64,000 nucleotides of DNA from a virus. The first letter of the stretch is position 1. Each line of letters starts with the position of its first letter. The DNA lies in IMG/VR virus record IMGVR_UViG_3300025381_000007; one strand, written 5' to 3'. Below, piece by piece: positions 30,611-39,683 of this stretch. Under the pieces are notes generated by a model, which did no database searches, was not told the DNA's origin, and worked only from the letters and a program-made list of their open reading frames with translations. Made by a program: the position numbers and the translations under genes.

Positions 30611-31146
30611 AATGTTTTGTCCTTACTATATTGAGACCAGTCTGTAAACTTACTACGATCCTTCAGTGAGTGTAGACTGTGTGACCACACACCGGGATTG
30701 GTTGCATTAAAATCTTTATCGTCGATCTTAATCATTGTATTATAATTCCACAAACCGATATACGGGATTGGAACACGAATTTGTGGAATAAAGTTATTAT
30801 ATTCGTTTAATCCGTTATCTAAAAACTCTTCTGCTAGTGCAACTGGAATATCAAGACTGCAAAAATAATCTTGATCTAAAAAGTACTGAATCATACTTTC
30901 CCAATTTTGCCACTCTTCAAAAGAACTAGGATGAAAACTGTGATTAGCACCAAAGAAGATATGCTTAATATGCTTAGATGTGTCTAGCCAAGAATTGCTG
31001 TCTACAAGAATACTTTCTATCTTATCGATAGGCTGTACGCCTGTAACAAACAAGGTTTCTAATCCAAATGCAGGCGTATGCTCAATTTCAGTTCCTGTAA
31101 AGAACTGAACATCGGTATGTTCGCCTGATGTATAGTTTCGTTTCAT
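30607..31146 (-). CDS. Hypothetical protein of the deazaguanine cluster (179 aa)
   Basis: ATG at 31146 downstream of a promoter; G.E.EHTPAFG..TLFV, HIFFGANHSF and ATNPGVW motifs. Confidence 0.7.
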   Translation of the reverse strand: MKRNYTSGEHTDVQFFTGTEIEHTPAFGLETLFVTGVQPIDKIESILVDSNSWLDTSKHIKHIFFGANHSFHPSSFEEWQNWESMIQYFLDQDYFCSLDIPVALAEEFLDNGLNEYNNFIPQIRVPIPYIGLWNYNTMIKIDDKDFNATNPGVWSHSLHSLKDRSKFTDWSQYSKDKTL

Positions 31147-31152
31147 GCTATA

Positions 31153-31181
31153 AGTATACAATCTAATAAAGTTTTACGCAA
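31153..31181 (-). promoter_or_regulatory. sigma70-type promoter TTGCGT-N17-TATACT
   Basis: 17-nt spacing in intergenic region. Confidence 0.5.
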
Positions 31182-31198
31182 GATTAAATATTACCAAA

Positions 31199-32770
31199 TC
31201 ATAGATCTTCGTTAAACTTATTTTCCAAATCATCTAACTTGCTTTCGTCTAACTCTGGCATAGCAAAAATTTCTGATACAGTTTTATCAATCACTGGAAC
31301 ATCTATTTCAAAAAAGTTGTTAAATGTATTTTGGGCAGGGCCTCCACGTAGTCTAGAACCTTCCAAACTACGTAAAAATCCAATACCTTTATCAATCATA
31401 GCAAATGCTTCGTCTTTAGTTTTTGTATTAAAAAGTTCTTCTACAAAACGATCGAAATACAAAATACTACGTGGAACCCATTCACTATATTCATCGCTGT
31501 TGATATTTTTAGAATCTAACTTCTTCCAATGACGCCAGTCGGGTTTATGTTTAGCACGTTCAACATCCATTAGATGATTAGCACGTTGTACAGCAACAAT
31601 GTGTTGATATACATTATGACCCATCATAAGGGCGTAGCTAAAACTATCCCAACTTGTACGACCTTCTTTGCCAATCTTGTTTAACATGCCAGGTGCATAA
31701 TGACAAATATCGCCCATGGTCAGCCTGCGGCCGAATTCACTTTCCCACGGGAATGGAATGTCTGATTCGGCAAGTGACTTGTTATCTGGTGCTTTTTCCA
31801 TAGCAACACTCCACCGCTTTGTGGTATGTTGCGAGTTTGTGTAGACAAGTCCGTAGGCTGTTGCGACAAACGGTGAGGCGCAGTCAAAAGATATGGTAAT
31901 TTCTTCATTGATATGTTTCCTTATTTGTCGTTGAATAGATGTTAGATAGCAAGCCCAATCTAACTGTGCTGTACCCAAAAAGTGGATCCAGTTTTTGCCT
32001 TTTAGCAAACCATCTTCTCTTAATGTCATTAGACGTTTAAGAGCAATATCCATCTTACACATATTAGCACCACCGAATGCCCAACCTTCGGCTTCCTTGC
32101 CCTCGTAAGGACCATTAGGATCGCTAAATTCTTTTACGCCTTGATACCATTTTTCAGCAGTTTCCCAATCGCTACCTTGTAAAACATTTAGGAACTTGGT
32201 CTTACCTTGGCGGTTAACTAGGAAATAATCGTTATTGAAACGAGTCTTATCCAAACAATCATCAAATGTTTTTAGTCCAGTCTTGTGTGTATGATTTTCA
32301 TCACATGCCCAAGTAGGAACGTCCAGCATCATTGACCAATCAGCGGTTTGTTCCAACCAATCTAAAATCTGTTGACGAACATAGTTAGCCTTGGGCCCTT
32401 CAAAATCTAACCAATCAAATTTCAAAACACCTTTACCAATCTGGAATCCGCCTGAATCGCCTAACATCATTGTGTTAGCACGATCACGTTGTTGAATCAT
32501 GCTGTCTTGTGTTTGACTTTTTGTTAAATCTAATTGAGCATGACCTGCAGAATATAAACTATATTTGTAATAGAAGTATCCTTCTTCGGGATTTAAAAAG
32601 TTCATACCTTCAATACCTCGATCAAATCCCGCAGGAATACGATCATCGGGTACAAACTTTTCTAATCTCTGTTTGGCAACATAAGTGCTATAGAAAGAGC
32701 TAATAGCTGGCAAATAGCAGGCATAATCCTTATTCAATACACTTAAATCTACTGGTGGTTTACTTTTCAT
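31199..32770 (-). CDS. tRNA-guanine transglycosylase (TGT) paralogue, probable DNA 7-deazaguanine insertase (DpdA-like)
   Basis: [24 protein letters not shown] and SFDCASP motifs; ATG 32770 (MKSKPP); clustered with queE. Confidence 0.75.
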   Translation of the reverse strand: MKSKPPVDLSVLNKDYACYLPAISSFYSTYVAKQRLEKFVPDDRIPAGFDRGIEGMNFLNPEEGYFYYKYSLYSAGHAQLDLTKSQTQDSMIQQRDRANTMMLGDSGGFQIGKGVLKFDWLDFEGPKANYVRQQILDWLEQTADWSMMLDVPTWACDENHTHKTGLKTFDDCLDKTRFNNDYFLVNRQGKTKFLNVLQGSDWETAEKWYQGVKEFSDPNGPYEGKEAEGWAFGGANMCKMDIALKRLMTLREDGLLKGKNWIHFLGTAQLDWACYLTSIQRQIRKHINEEITISFDCASPFVATAYGLVYTNSQHTTKRWSVAMEKAPDNKSLAESDIPFPWESEFGRRLTMGDICHYAPGMLNKIGKEGRTSWDSFSYALMMGHNVYQHIVAVQRANHLMDVERAKHKPDWRHWKKLDSKNINSDEYSEWVPRSILYFDRFVEELFNTKTKDEAFAMIDKGIGFLRSLEGSRLRGGPAQNTFNNFFEIDVPVIDKTVSEIFAMPELDESKLDDLENKFNEDL

Positions 32771-33440
32771 TTCGTTTTTGTTCCCATAATTTTTTTCTTG
32801 CTTCTGACATCTTTCTTTTAGTTTTGTCTGACATCTTTCTACCTTTAAGTGTAGCACTTATTTTCTCTTTTTGCAAGTCCGACATTACTTTACCTTTTTG
32901 TGCGGCACACATTTTAGCACGGGTTTCGGCACTTACTTCTACTCCTAATCTGGAGCCTTTTTGAACACCTGTCTTGCCTTTATTCCAAGGAGTTTTACCT
33001 TTACCAGCTTCGCTTAATTTTTTTCTATGCTCTTCTGATTTTGTTTTACCTTTTAACGCTTCTGATATTCTTTCTTTGTGTGTATCTTTTCTTGGTTTCT
33101 TATTTGCTTCGGAAATAGTCTTTCTCCCTTTTTCTGATAGGTACGACCCGATCTTTATATCTTTGTTCCACGGAATAATGCCTGCCGATCCATCACCACC
33201 GTCTGTCCTATTATGTAAAATACCTGTACCTATATCTTTTCGACCATACCATCTAATCATTCTACGCTCAATAGCAAATGCTCCAAGCTCTGTTAAATTT
33301 GTTTCTAATATAACAATTCTATTTAGGTCTTTAGGAACAATAACAGAGTGAGACTTTTGCCACGCTCTGTCATCTTTCCCTTTACCAATATAATACGGTG
33401 TTAAATCTTTAGTTCTCAAATAAGCATATACATAAAACAT
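32760..33440 (-). mobile_element. Free-standing GIY-YIG homing endonuclease with NUMOD3 repeats
   Basis: FYVYAY...YYIGKG...R; N.TDGGDG; repeated [12 protein letters not shown] / SAETRAKM / [11 protein letters not shown] and PWNKG motifs. Confidence 0.85.
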
Positions 33441-33459
33441 AATAGTTCTCCTATATGTT

Positions 33460-33467
33460 TATTTATA
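33460..33467 (-). promoter_or_regulatory. T4-type late promoter TATAAATA for the homing endonuclease
   Basis: Exact consensus upstream of AGGAG RBS and ATG 33440. Confidence 0.65.
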
Positions 33468-33488
33468 CTTACTTGCTATATACACCTA

Positions 33489-33698
33489 TTATTCTTCTAC
33501 TCCGAAATGTTCTCGCAATGCCTTAGCATCTTCTTCATTCATTGCCAGCCAATCAATACTTTCTTTCACAATTAACTCAGTAAAATCTTCTAAGTATTTT
33601 GTCAAGTCCGCATCTTCTCGATGGCAACTTACCAGTTTACCTTTATGTTCGCTAACTAACCATGATTTAATAGCAAGTTCTCTAATCTTCTCGTTCAT
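33489..33698 (-). CDS. Small phage hypothetical protein (MNEKIRELA...EHFGVEE)
   Basis: Recurrent small phage ORF pattern 'MNE.I.ELA...F.ELIV.E...HFGVE'. Confidence 0.6.
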   Translation of the reverse strand: MNEKIRELAIKSWLVSEHKGKLVSCHREDADLTKYLEDFTELIVKESIDWLAMNEEDAKALREHFGVEE

Positions 33699-33810
33699 AT
33701 TCTTTGCTTAAAATTACTGTTGCCTTTAATTGGCGTTTAGCTCGTTCGACATCTTCGAGTACTTTATTTAGGTTTTCTTGAGCGGCTTCAACTGCCGGTG
33801 GTTTCTTCAT
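33682..33810 (-). pseudogene. 42-aa chimeric remnant ORF (MKKPP + duplicate of upstream gene C-terminus)
   Basis: MKKPPAVEAAQENLNKVLEDVERAKRQLKATVILSKEYERED resembles HPAIKAARENLLKARQQLEITAILVEQE of 33788-34168. Confidence 0.45.
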
Positions 33811-34168
33811 TGTTATTTTCTTCTTGTTCTACTAATATAGCAGTTATTTCTAGTTGTTGTCTAGCTTTAAGGAGATTTTCTCTTGCAGCCTTAATAGCAG
33901 GGTGATCACTTTGTTCCCATATCTGTTCTTCCTGCATACGTTTGATAACCCAATCTATAGCTCGTTCAGCGCTATATGAAAGTTTTATTGTAGGGCTGGA
34001 ATCGATAATAGGTTTCCAGCTTATTCCGTCGTACACATCGAAGCCCTGACGAGATGAATTAAATTTAATCATTCCTGCCATGTCGGTTCCGTTGTTGTAA
34101 AAACTCGGATACTGTGAATATCCGCCGTCTACTTGAATATGCGTACCGCCTGCAATATTCTTAATCAT
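33788..34168 (-). CDS. Hypothetical protein (126 aa)
   Basis: Follows the clamp gene; 'FDVYDGISW' motif. Confidence 0.65.
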   Translation of the reverse strand: MIKNIAGGTHIQVDGGYSQYPSFYNNGTDMAGMIKFNSSRQGFDVYDGISWKPIIDSSPTIKLSYSAERAIDWVIKRMQEEQIWEQSDHPAIKAARENLLKARQQLEITAILVEQEENNNEETTGS

Positions 34169-34170
34169 TT

Positions 34171-34905
34171 TTAGACACCTGCTGGGATAATGTATTTGTA
34201 AGTTGCAATACCGCTATCTAGTTCAATCTGCATAGCACCGCCATTACTGAAACTAACTTTAGCATTGTTAGTATCTGCAATCTTTAAAATACTCAATACA
34301 TTACTAACTGGATATGTCCAAGCCTTAGTTAGCTTTCCAGTAACGCCTGTAGCAAATGTAAACTCACCTGCATGGCTGCTTTGATCTCCAAAAGAGAAAA
34401 TCAACTTATCTCCATCTGTCTTAGCCAAGAAACTTGTATGTTCTGTATTTGCACCTGCTTGGAACTGAAAGCGTTGAATGCCGGTAACAGTAGGAGTAAC
34501 TTCAACTTCCCAGTTAGCACCTTTGAACTTAACAGTCTTAAGTTTTTCTTCAATAACATCTTGATTCATGAAACGATAATCGTTCTTGAAATCACCGTCC
34601 TTGTTTTCAAAATGTAATCCTGTTGGGATGTTAACACCGTTGCGTTGACCAGTTACTAACTCAATCTTAGCATCTTCTTGGTATTCTTTACCTTCGATAA
34701 GATAACGAAGTTTTTCAAGTTGTGGCATACCAAATGTACCGATCAACTGTGGATATGGATCTGTAGTTTCTGCGTATAGAATAACACTTTTGTTTTCTTC
34801 AATACTATCGATTAATGTTTTGTCTGATGTGCCAGTTACCTTAACAATGTTTAGGAAACCTAGTTTTTGTGTATGAGCTACGATGTCTTTAAGTAAATCT
34901 TGCAT
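34171..34905 (-). CDS. Probable DNA polymerase sliding clamp (gp45-like)
   Basis: 244 aa, alpha/beta, immediately downstream of family B polymerase; ends '...ATYKYIIPA'. Confidence 0.65.
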   Translation of the reverse strand: MQDLLKDIVAHTQKLGFLNIVKVTGTSDKTLIDSIEENKSVILYAETTDPYPQLIGTFGMPQLEKLRYLIEGKEYQEDAKIELVTGQRNGVNIPTGLHFENKDGDFKNDYRFMNQDVIEEKLKTVKFKGANWEVEVTPTVTGIQRFQFQAGANTEHTSFLAKTDGDKLIFSFGDQSSHAGEFTFATGVTGKLTKAWTYPVSNVLSILKIADTNNAKVSFSNGGAMQIELDSGIATYKYIIPAGV

Positions 34906-34924
34906 GATAAAAGTCCTTTGTATA

Positions 34925-34953
34925 AGTTTATTTAGGTTGAGAAGTAAAGTCAA
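34925..34953 (-). promoter_or_regulatory. Overlapping sigma70-type (TTGACT-N17-TAAACT) and late (TAAATA, 34929-34934) promoters
   Basis: Both motifs lie in the pol-clamp intergenic gap. Confidence 0.55.
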
Positions 34954-34961
34954 TGACTATT

Positions 34962-37631
34962 TTATTCAAATGAGAATAAGGAGTTAAATGTATTGGTCTC
35001 AGTAGTAGAACTTAAATCCCACTCCAATACACCGATAAGATTTTCAATCTTGTTATTAATAATAGTTGCTTCCATTTCTGCATGGTCAAATGGAAGTTCT
35101 TGGAACCACTTAGGTAATCGTAGTTCGTCGACTGGATAAGCAATGCTAGTGAATCCCAATGGATTTGGACGCATCTTGCAGACAATAACTTTCATACCGT
35201 CAACAATCTGTTGACTGTATTTGTCACCGTTCATACGTTTCAATGTGTTCCAGTTGATACTAGCACGAACGTGTCCTGGCATATTGGCCTTGCCAGCTTT
35301 CTTTTCTTTTTCTTGATATTCAGCAATATTATTGGCACGTTTTGGTGAACCTTTTTCCCATCCAGGTCGGGCCTTGAACTCGGTTCTAAACTCGCTAATC
35401 ATATCTAGAATCTCTCGTTCTTCACTGCCATTCAGTACTTTGGTAAGAACTTCTTCCAAGAACTTTTGCATAAATTCTGGAGTGTCACTGCGTTTCAAAT
35501 CTAAACCCATGGCTTTGATCTTACCAGGCTTGCCATTAACATCACTGCGCTTGCCTTCTTTATCGTAGTACAATACAGCATAGCGTTTCTTAGTAATGAA
35601 TAAGCCTTTAATAGCAACGATTTCACGACCAGCTTTAATAACTTCTCCACGTGATTTTGGGCAGTGATGAGAGTTTAACATATGCTGCGGGAATGTACTA
35701 TTCACCTCATCGGCAATGGTATCATATAGCTGAACAACGGTATCTTTAGTCCAAGGAATCTGCCCTTTGGCAATTTCATTCTTCAAGGATGTATAGGCGC
35801 TGAAGTAAGCGGAGTCAGTGTCTCCATAAATGATACTTTTGCCGATGTGGTTGTATTCGCCTGTGATGACTTCGTTAATTTTTGCTGCCATGTGTCTTGC
35901 GATTCCTCGGCCTGTAAGAGTGGTTGACTGACCAATGCGATTATCGAAAAAACGACAACCAGCGTTGAGAATAGCACCGTATAGGCTATTGAGGTTAATC
36001 TTTTTAACCAATTGACGTTTGTCCCAGTATTCTTCTTCAATTTTGTTCTCCGCTTTGATAGCTTCTTTGAGCTTGGCCTGCATTTCCTTACGCTCTTTAT
36101 ACCAGCGGGCAAGCAACCCTGGAATAATACCTTCCTTTTCGTGTGTAAAAATAGTGCCATTAGAACTCAACATCCATGGATTATTACTTTCAAAGATAAG
36201 TTCATAAATTTGAGCACCGCTCATTACACTGGTCTCGCCATTTTCCCAGTCGATGATGATATCGTGAGCACGGTCTTGGTTCATAACAAATTCGTATTCG
36301 TTACTGCCAAACTTACCTTCCCATGCACCTGCAAAACTAGTACCCTTGGAAATTTTATCTTCGATTTCTTCTTTGGTATAATCTTGACGTAACTGTCCGA
36401 CAATAGTTTCTGGACCCATGTTCAATGCACGAATCACTGATGGATATAGTGAGTTAATATCCATTGAACCGATATAGTCGTGAAGTCCTTTTTTAGGATA
36501 AGCAACATACGCACCTGCTGCCTGTGTGTTTAGTGTATCATCTCGCTTAGGACGACTAGGCACAATAAGACCGCGGTGATGTGCTTCATTTACAATAGCC
36601 TGTTCTGTAACAGCTACAGCACCCATTGTAGTTTGTAGCAACACGGTGTTTTCATGAGCAACAGTATTAGCAAGGTCGATGAACTTGAGTTTCTTATCTA
36701 ACTTATCTAATAGCGCACAGTCTTGTCTATTATATTCGATAAACTTACGGAAGTCGTTATTGTAAAGTTGATCTAATGTGCCTTCGTAGACAGTCTTAGA
36801 TTCGCCTACTTCCATTTCTCCGATTGCATCCAATCGATAAGTGTGACGTTCTTCATATGTGTACTTTCTGTACAACTCGAGACTATCAAGATGAACGCGA
36901 CCGACAAGGTCATAAGTAACAGCGGCCTTTCCATACTTTTCGTACTCTCTCTTTTTAGGTAGTTGATCCCATAAGCAAAAACGACGAGTATCTTCCTTAC
37001 TCAATGTTTTTGTAACTCTATTTACTGTGTAGGGAATATCGAAGCCTTCGCTATTCCAACCACTTAGCACATCTGCATCCTGAATCAAGTCCAAGAATGT
37101 ATTAAGCATTTCATATTCAGTTTCAAATAAAACAGTATTAGGAAATTCTTTAACTTGCTCTTGTGCTTGTTCCATGGTCAATGTTTTAGGTGGAACAGCA
37201 AGACAAACTAGTGTATCTAACCATTGTAGGTGAACAGCGATAGCAGTGATTGGCATAAATGCATCGTCTGGACTTGCATAGCCACGTTCTGGATCGAAGT
37301 CCACCTCAATATCAAAAAATGCTACATTTAGTTTTGGAGCATCTTTGCCAAGATAGTTTTCTTCTAGTGTGCGGAATACAGGATTGATATCGCTTTCATA
37401 AAGTTTATGATTGCTGTGAATTCTCTGTTCTTTTGTGAATTCTTTAAATGTTCGGGCTGTAACTTTATTAAGATTTTCGCCGAAGATTGACTTATACTTG
37501 CCCCTTTGATCGGGATAGTAAAACATATAACGAGCAGGATATTCTTGGAATATTCTACCTTTCTTAGGATCACGTTCAACAACATAGACAATGTCTTTGT
37601 CACGATCCCATCGTGAATCTACATAACTCAT
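34962..37631 (-). CDS. Family B DNA polymerase (T4 gp43-like)
   Basis: Exo FDIE, GWN..GFDIPY, YNRQD; pol DINSLYPS, K...NSLYG, YGDTDS, KKRY; C-terminal LFSF clamp-binding-like tail. Confidence 0.97.
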   Translation of the reverse strand: MSYVDSRWDRDKDIVYVVERDPKKGRIFQEYPARYMFYYPDQRGKYKSIFGENLNKVTARTFKEFTKEQRIHSNHKLYESDINPVFRTLEENYLGKDAPKLNVAFFDIEVDFDPERGYASPDDAFMPITAIAVHLQWLDTLVCLAVPPKTLTMEQAQEQVKEFPNTVLFETEYEMLNTFLDLIQDADVLSGWNSEGFDIPYTVNRVTKTLSKEDTRRFCLWDQLPKKREYEKYGKAAVTYDLVGRVHLDSLELYRKYTYEERHTYRLDAIGEMEVGESKTVYEGTLDQLYNNDFRKFIEYNRQDCALLDKLDKKLKFIDLANTVAHENTVLLQTTMGAVAVTEQAIVNEAHHRGLIVPSRPKRDDTLNTQAAGAYVAYPKKGLHDYIGSMDINSLYPSVIRALNMGPETIVGQLRQDYTKEEIEDKISKGTSFAGAWEGKFGSNEYEFVMNQDRAHDIIIDWENGETSVMSGAQIYELIFESNNPWMLSSNGTIFTHEKEGIIPGLLARWYKERKEMQAKLKEAIKAENKIEEEYWDKRQLVKKINLNSLYGAILNAGCRFFDNRIGQSTTLTGRGIARHMAAKINEVITGEYNHIGKSIIYGDTDSAYFSAYTSLKNEIAKGQIPWTKDTVVQLYDTIADEVNSTFPQHMLNSHHCPKSRGEVIKAGREIVAIKGLFITKKRYAVLYYDKEGKRSDVNGKPGKIKAMGLDLKRSDTPEFMQKFLEEVLTKVLNGSEEREILDMISEFRTEFKARPGWEKGSPKRANNIAEYQEKEKKAGKANMPGHVRASINWNTLKRMNGDKYSQQIVDGMKVIVCKMRPNPLGFTSIAYPVDELRLPKWFQELPFDHAEMEATIINNKIENLIGVLEWDLSSTTETNTFNSLFSFE

Positions 37632-37645
37632 ATTATTTTTCTTCC

Positions 37646-37694
37646 TTGAGATTTCAGGCTCTCAAATACCACTATGCGATTTATGGCTCGCTAG
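37646..37694 (-). promoter_or_regulatory. Tandem stem-loops in polymerase 5' leader (candidate translational operator)
   Basis: GCGA-GCCATAAA-TCGC and TTGAGA-GCCTGAAA-TCTCAA directly abutting the AAGGAAG RBS. Confidence 0.55.
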
Positions 37695-37701
37695 ACCGTT
37701 C

Positions 37702-37998
37702 TCAAAAATATTTAGCCAACATTCGAATGAGGCCTATAGAATCTATGCTTACAAGCAAGACATAGTTAGCAAGCATGCCAAATGATTGCCTAGTAAAACT
37801 AGCCCAAGCATACAACATACAGCCAAAAATCCAAGCGGGATATAGTAGAACCAATGGAGGATTGGGTACCGTGACCGCCATCGTGATGCTACACGCGATG
37901 CTAATAGTCCAAGCCACAAACTCAGCAATGAACCTAATATGATTAGATTTGTAGTCATCTTTGATCCATTGTATAGTGTCTAATATAATTTTACGCAT
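37702..37998 (-). CDS. Small membrane protein (about 3 TM helices)
   Basis: Hydrophobic segments; ATG 37998 overlaps upstream gene end. Confidence 0.65.
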   Translation of the reverse strand: MRKIILDTIQWIKDDYKSNHIRFIAEFVAWTISIACSITMAVTVPNPPLVLLYPAWIFGCMLYAWASFTRQSFGMLANYVLLVSIDSIGLIRMLAKYF

Positions 37999-38263
37999 CG
38001 TCGCGACGATTTGCGTGGCCGCTGATGTCAACAATAGTTTCTAAATCATCAAATTCACGGAATACTTGATCCCATTGGTCTTTTTGTGCAATCTTAATAG
38101 CCTTGCGAATAACACTGGGCTTGACATCTAGTTCTTCGGCTACTGCTTTGATAGTTTCATTCAGACCTTCTGTAAGGTCTTGAATTTCCTGCATGACTGT
38201 GCAACCTTCTGCTACGATTTGTTTAATCTTTGCCTGTTCGGGTGCGCCAAAACTTTTACTCAT
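37991..38263 (-). CDS. T4 DsbA-like double-stranded DNA-binding protein
   Basis: 90-aa helical protein 'IKAVAEELDVKPSVIRKAIKIA'; AAGGAG RBS. Confidence 0.55.
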   Translation of the reverse strand: MSKSFGAPEQAKIKQIVAEGCTVMQEIQDLTEGLNETIKAVAEELDVKPSVIRKAIKIAQKDQWDQVFREFDDLETIVDISGHANRRDDA

Positions 38264-38283
38264 AAAAAATCTCCTTGTTAGTA

Positions 38284-38313
38284 AGTTTATACTATACAAG
38301 GAGTAAATGTCAA
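38284..38313 (-). promoter_or_regulatory. sigma70-type promoter (TTGACA...TAAACT) for the dsbA-like / pol unit
   Basis: Exact TTGACA with a -10-like hexamer 16-18 nt downstream. Confidence 0.55.
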
Positions 38314-39053
38314 CTTTTGTCGTATAATTCTGAGTATTTTTCTTTTAATACTTTCTGTGCGTTTTGATAGTTGGTCACTGTTTGTATTAATGCCGGTGTT
38401 CTGGGAATTTCTGTAACTTTTTCTACAAATGATAATGTCCCTTCTGCATCATTTGTTAATGTTGTATAAGGAATATTAAAATATTTTTCTATGCAGTCTT
38501 CTAAAAAATCATCAATATATCCACATCGTTTATTTTGTTTTTTTAATATCTTGGCTATTATAGAAGTTGGTAGATCTTTTAAACTAGATGCACTAGTTAA
38601 TAGCGGTAAATCACTGTTTTTTGATTGTTCAATATTATAAAGATCGTAAACATCATTTTTTCTATCATCTGTCAATCCGGGCGTTATAGGATCATTACCC
38701 CACATTTTTAAAAAATGATTTATTTCTATTTCATGATAATCATCAGGAGTAATGGTTATTCCTATCAATGAATAGTTTATGTACATGTTTTTTATTGTTA
38801 AATCATCACCTGTACTAACTTGTACTATATAAGGACTCGATGTATCTTTAGGTTCGAATTCAGTAAATTTTGGATTCCATGGCGTTTCGGATTTTATAGT
38901 TGTGTGGTTATTAATATATTGAAACCAATATAAATGTGCATCGCCTTTTGGAAAATCGTATGTATTCCAATTTAAAAAAGAATGAGCAATAAGTCCGCCT
39001 AAAAAACTATGCCCGTCACCACCACGGCTGAATACAGCATATATATCTTTCAT
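38310..39053 (-). CDS. AT-rich hypothetical protein, possible sulfotransferase-like P-loop fold
   Basis: N-terminal 'YAVFSRGGDGHSFL' loop; C-terminal 'IPYTTL......LSFV' pattern. Confidence 0.5.
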   Translation of the reverse strand: MKDIYAVFSRGGDGHSFLGGLIAHSFLNWNTYDFPKGDAHLYWFQYINNHTTIKSETPWNPKFTEFEPKDTSSPYIVQVSTGDDLTIKNMYINYSLIGITITPDDYHEIEINHFLKMWGNDPITPGLTDDRKNDVYDLYNIEQSKNSDLPLLTSASSLKDLPTSIIAKILKKQNKRCGYIDDFLEDCIEKYFNIPYTTLTNDAEGTLSFVEKVTEIPRTPALIQTVTNYQNAQKVLKEKYSELYDKS

Positions 39054-39683
39054 TTAGTTGTTTAGATCAAATGCTTTAAGATTTTTTTCGATTTGATCTG
39101 GACGAACATCACGGGTCAAACTCATTGAGTAGCGGGGATCATTGGCCTGTTTCTTAGTGGCAATAACCCCACTGGCATCTTCTATAGGATGATTTTCATC
39201 ACCTAAGAATGTATCAGCAAACTTTTTACATAGTTTTGTGATGTCCTTATTACCGGTACATTCTACGGTAAATTCAAAATCTTCATCATGTTGGCTAGGA
39301 TCACTGTATCCACAATAGACTTTTTTTACAGGACTAGCATTGATGTAATCTGTACAACTACCTTGATACCGATCTGCCATAGCACCATCGCATGGACTTA
39401 GAGTTGTTAGTATAATACTACCTTCAGGGATATCGCCATACTCTCGTTCGTAAGCATCTATAGCATTACGTTCAGCATGGCTCCATTTGTTGCCAACTTT
39501 CATACTGGTACGAGCAACCGCACGATGATCTGGATCTAATACACAGGCCGACACCATACCAAATTTTTTGGGATCTTTCTTTTGTCCAGCAATGATTAAA
39601 TTGCAAAGTTCAACAAGGTACTTATCCAAGTGTTTACGACCGTGGATTTTGTAATCGCTCTTGATAAACTCTAAGATTTTCAT
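39054..39683 (-). CDS. Zinc-dependent deaminase (CDA / RibD-like fold)
   Basis: VSACVL...HAERNAI...TTLSPC(x11)C...KVYCG..DP. Confidence 0.75.
   Translation of the reverse strand: MKILEFIKSDYKIHGRKHLDKYLVELCNLIIAGQKKDPKKFGMVSACVLDPDHRAVARTSMKVGNKWSHAERNAIDAYEREYGDIPEGSIILTTLSPCDGAMADRYQGSCTDYINASPVKKVYCGYSDPSQHDEDFEFTVECTGNKDITKLCKKFADTFLGDENHPIEDASGVIATKKQANDPRYSMSLTRDVRPDQIEKNLKAFDLNN

Noticed and set aside
32771-32857. N-terminal extension of the TGT-like ORF (MLHLKVERC...)
   Set aside because: It overlaps the endonuclease 3' end in another frame; ATG 32770 is the more plausible start
34962-37631. Intein or intron in the DNA polymerase (also checked thyA, clpA, clamp loader)
   Set aside because: Lengths are normal, and no C...HN-[CST] intein ends or frame breaks are seen
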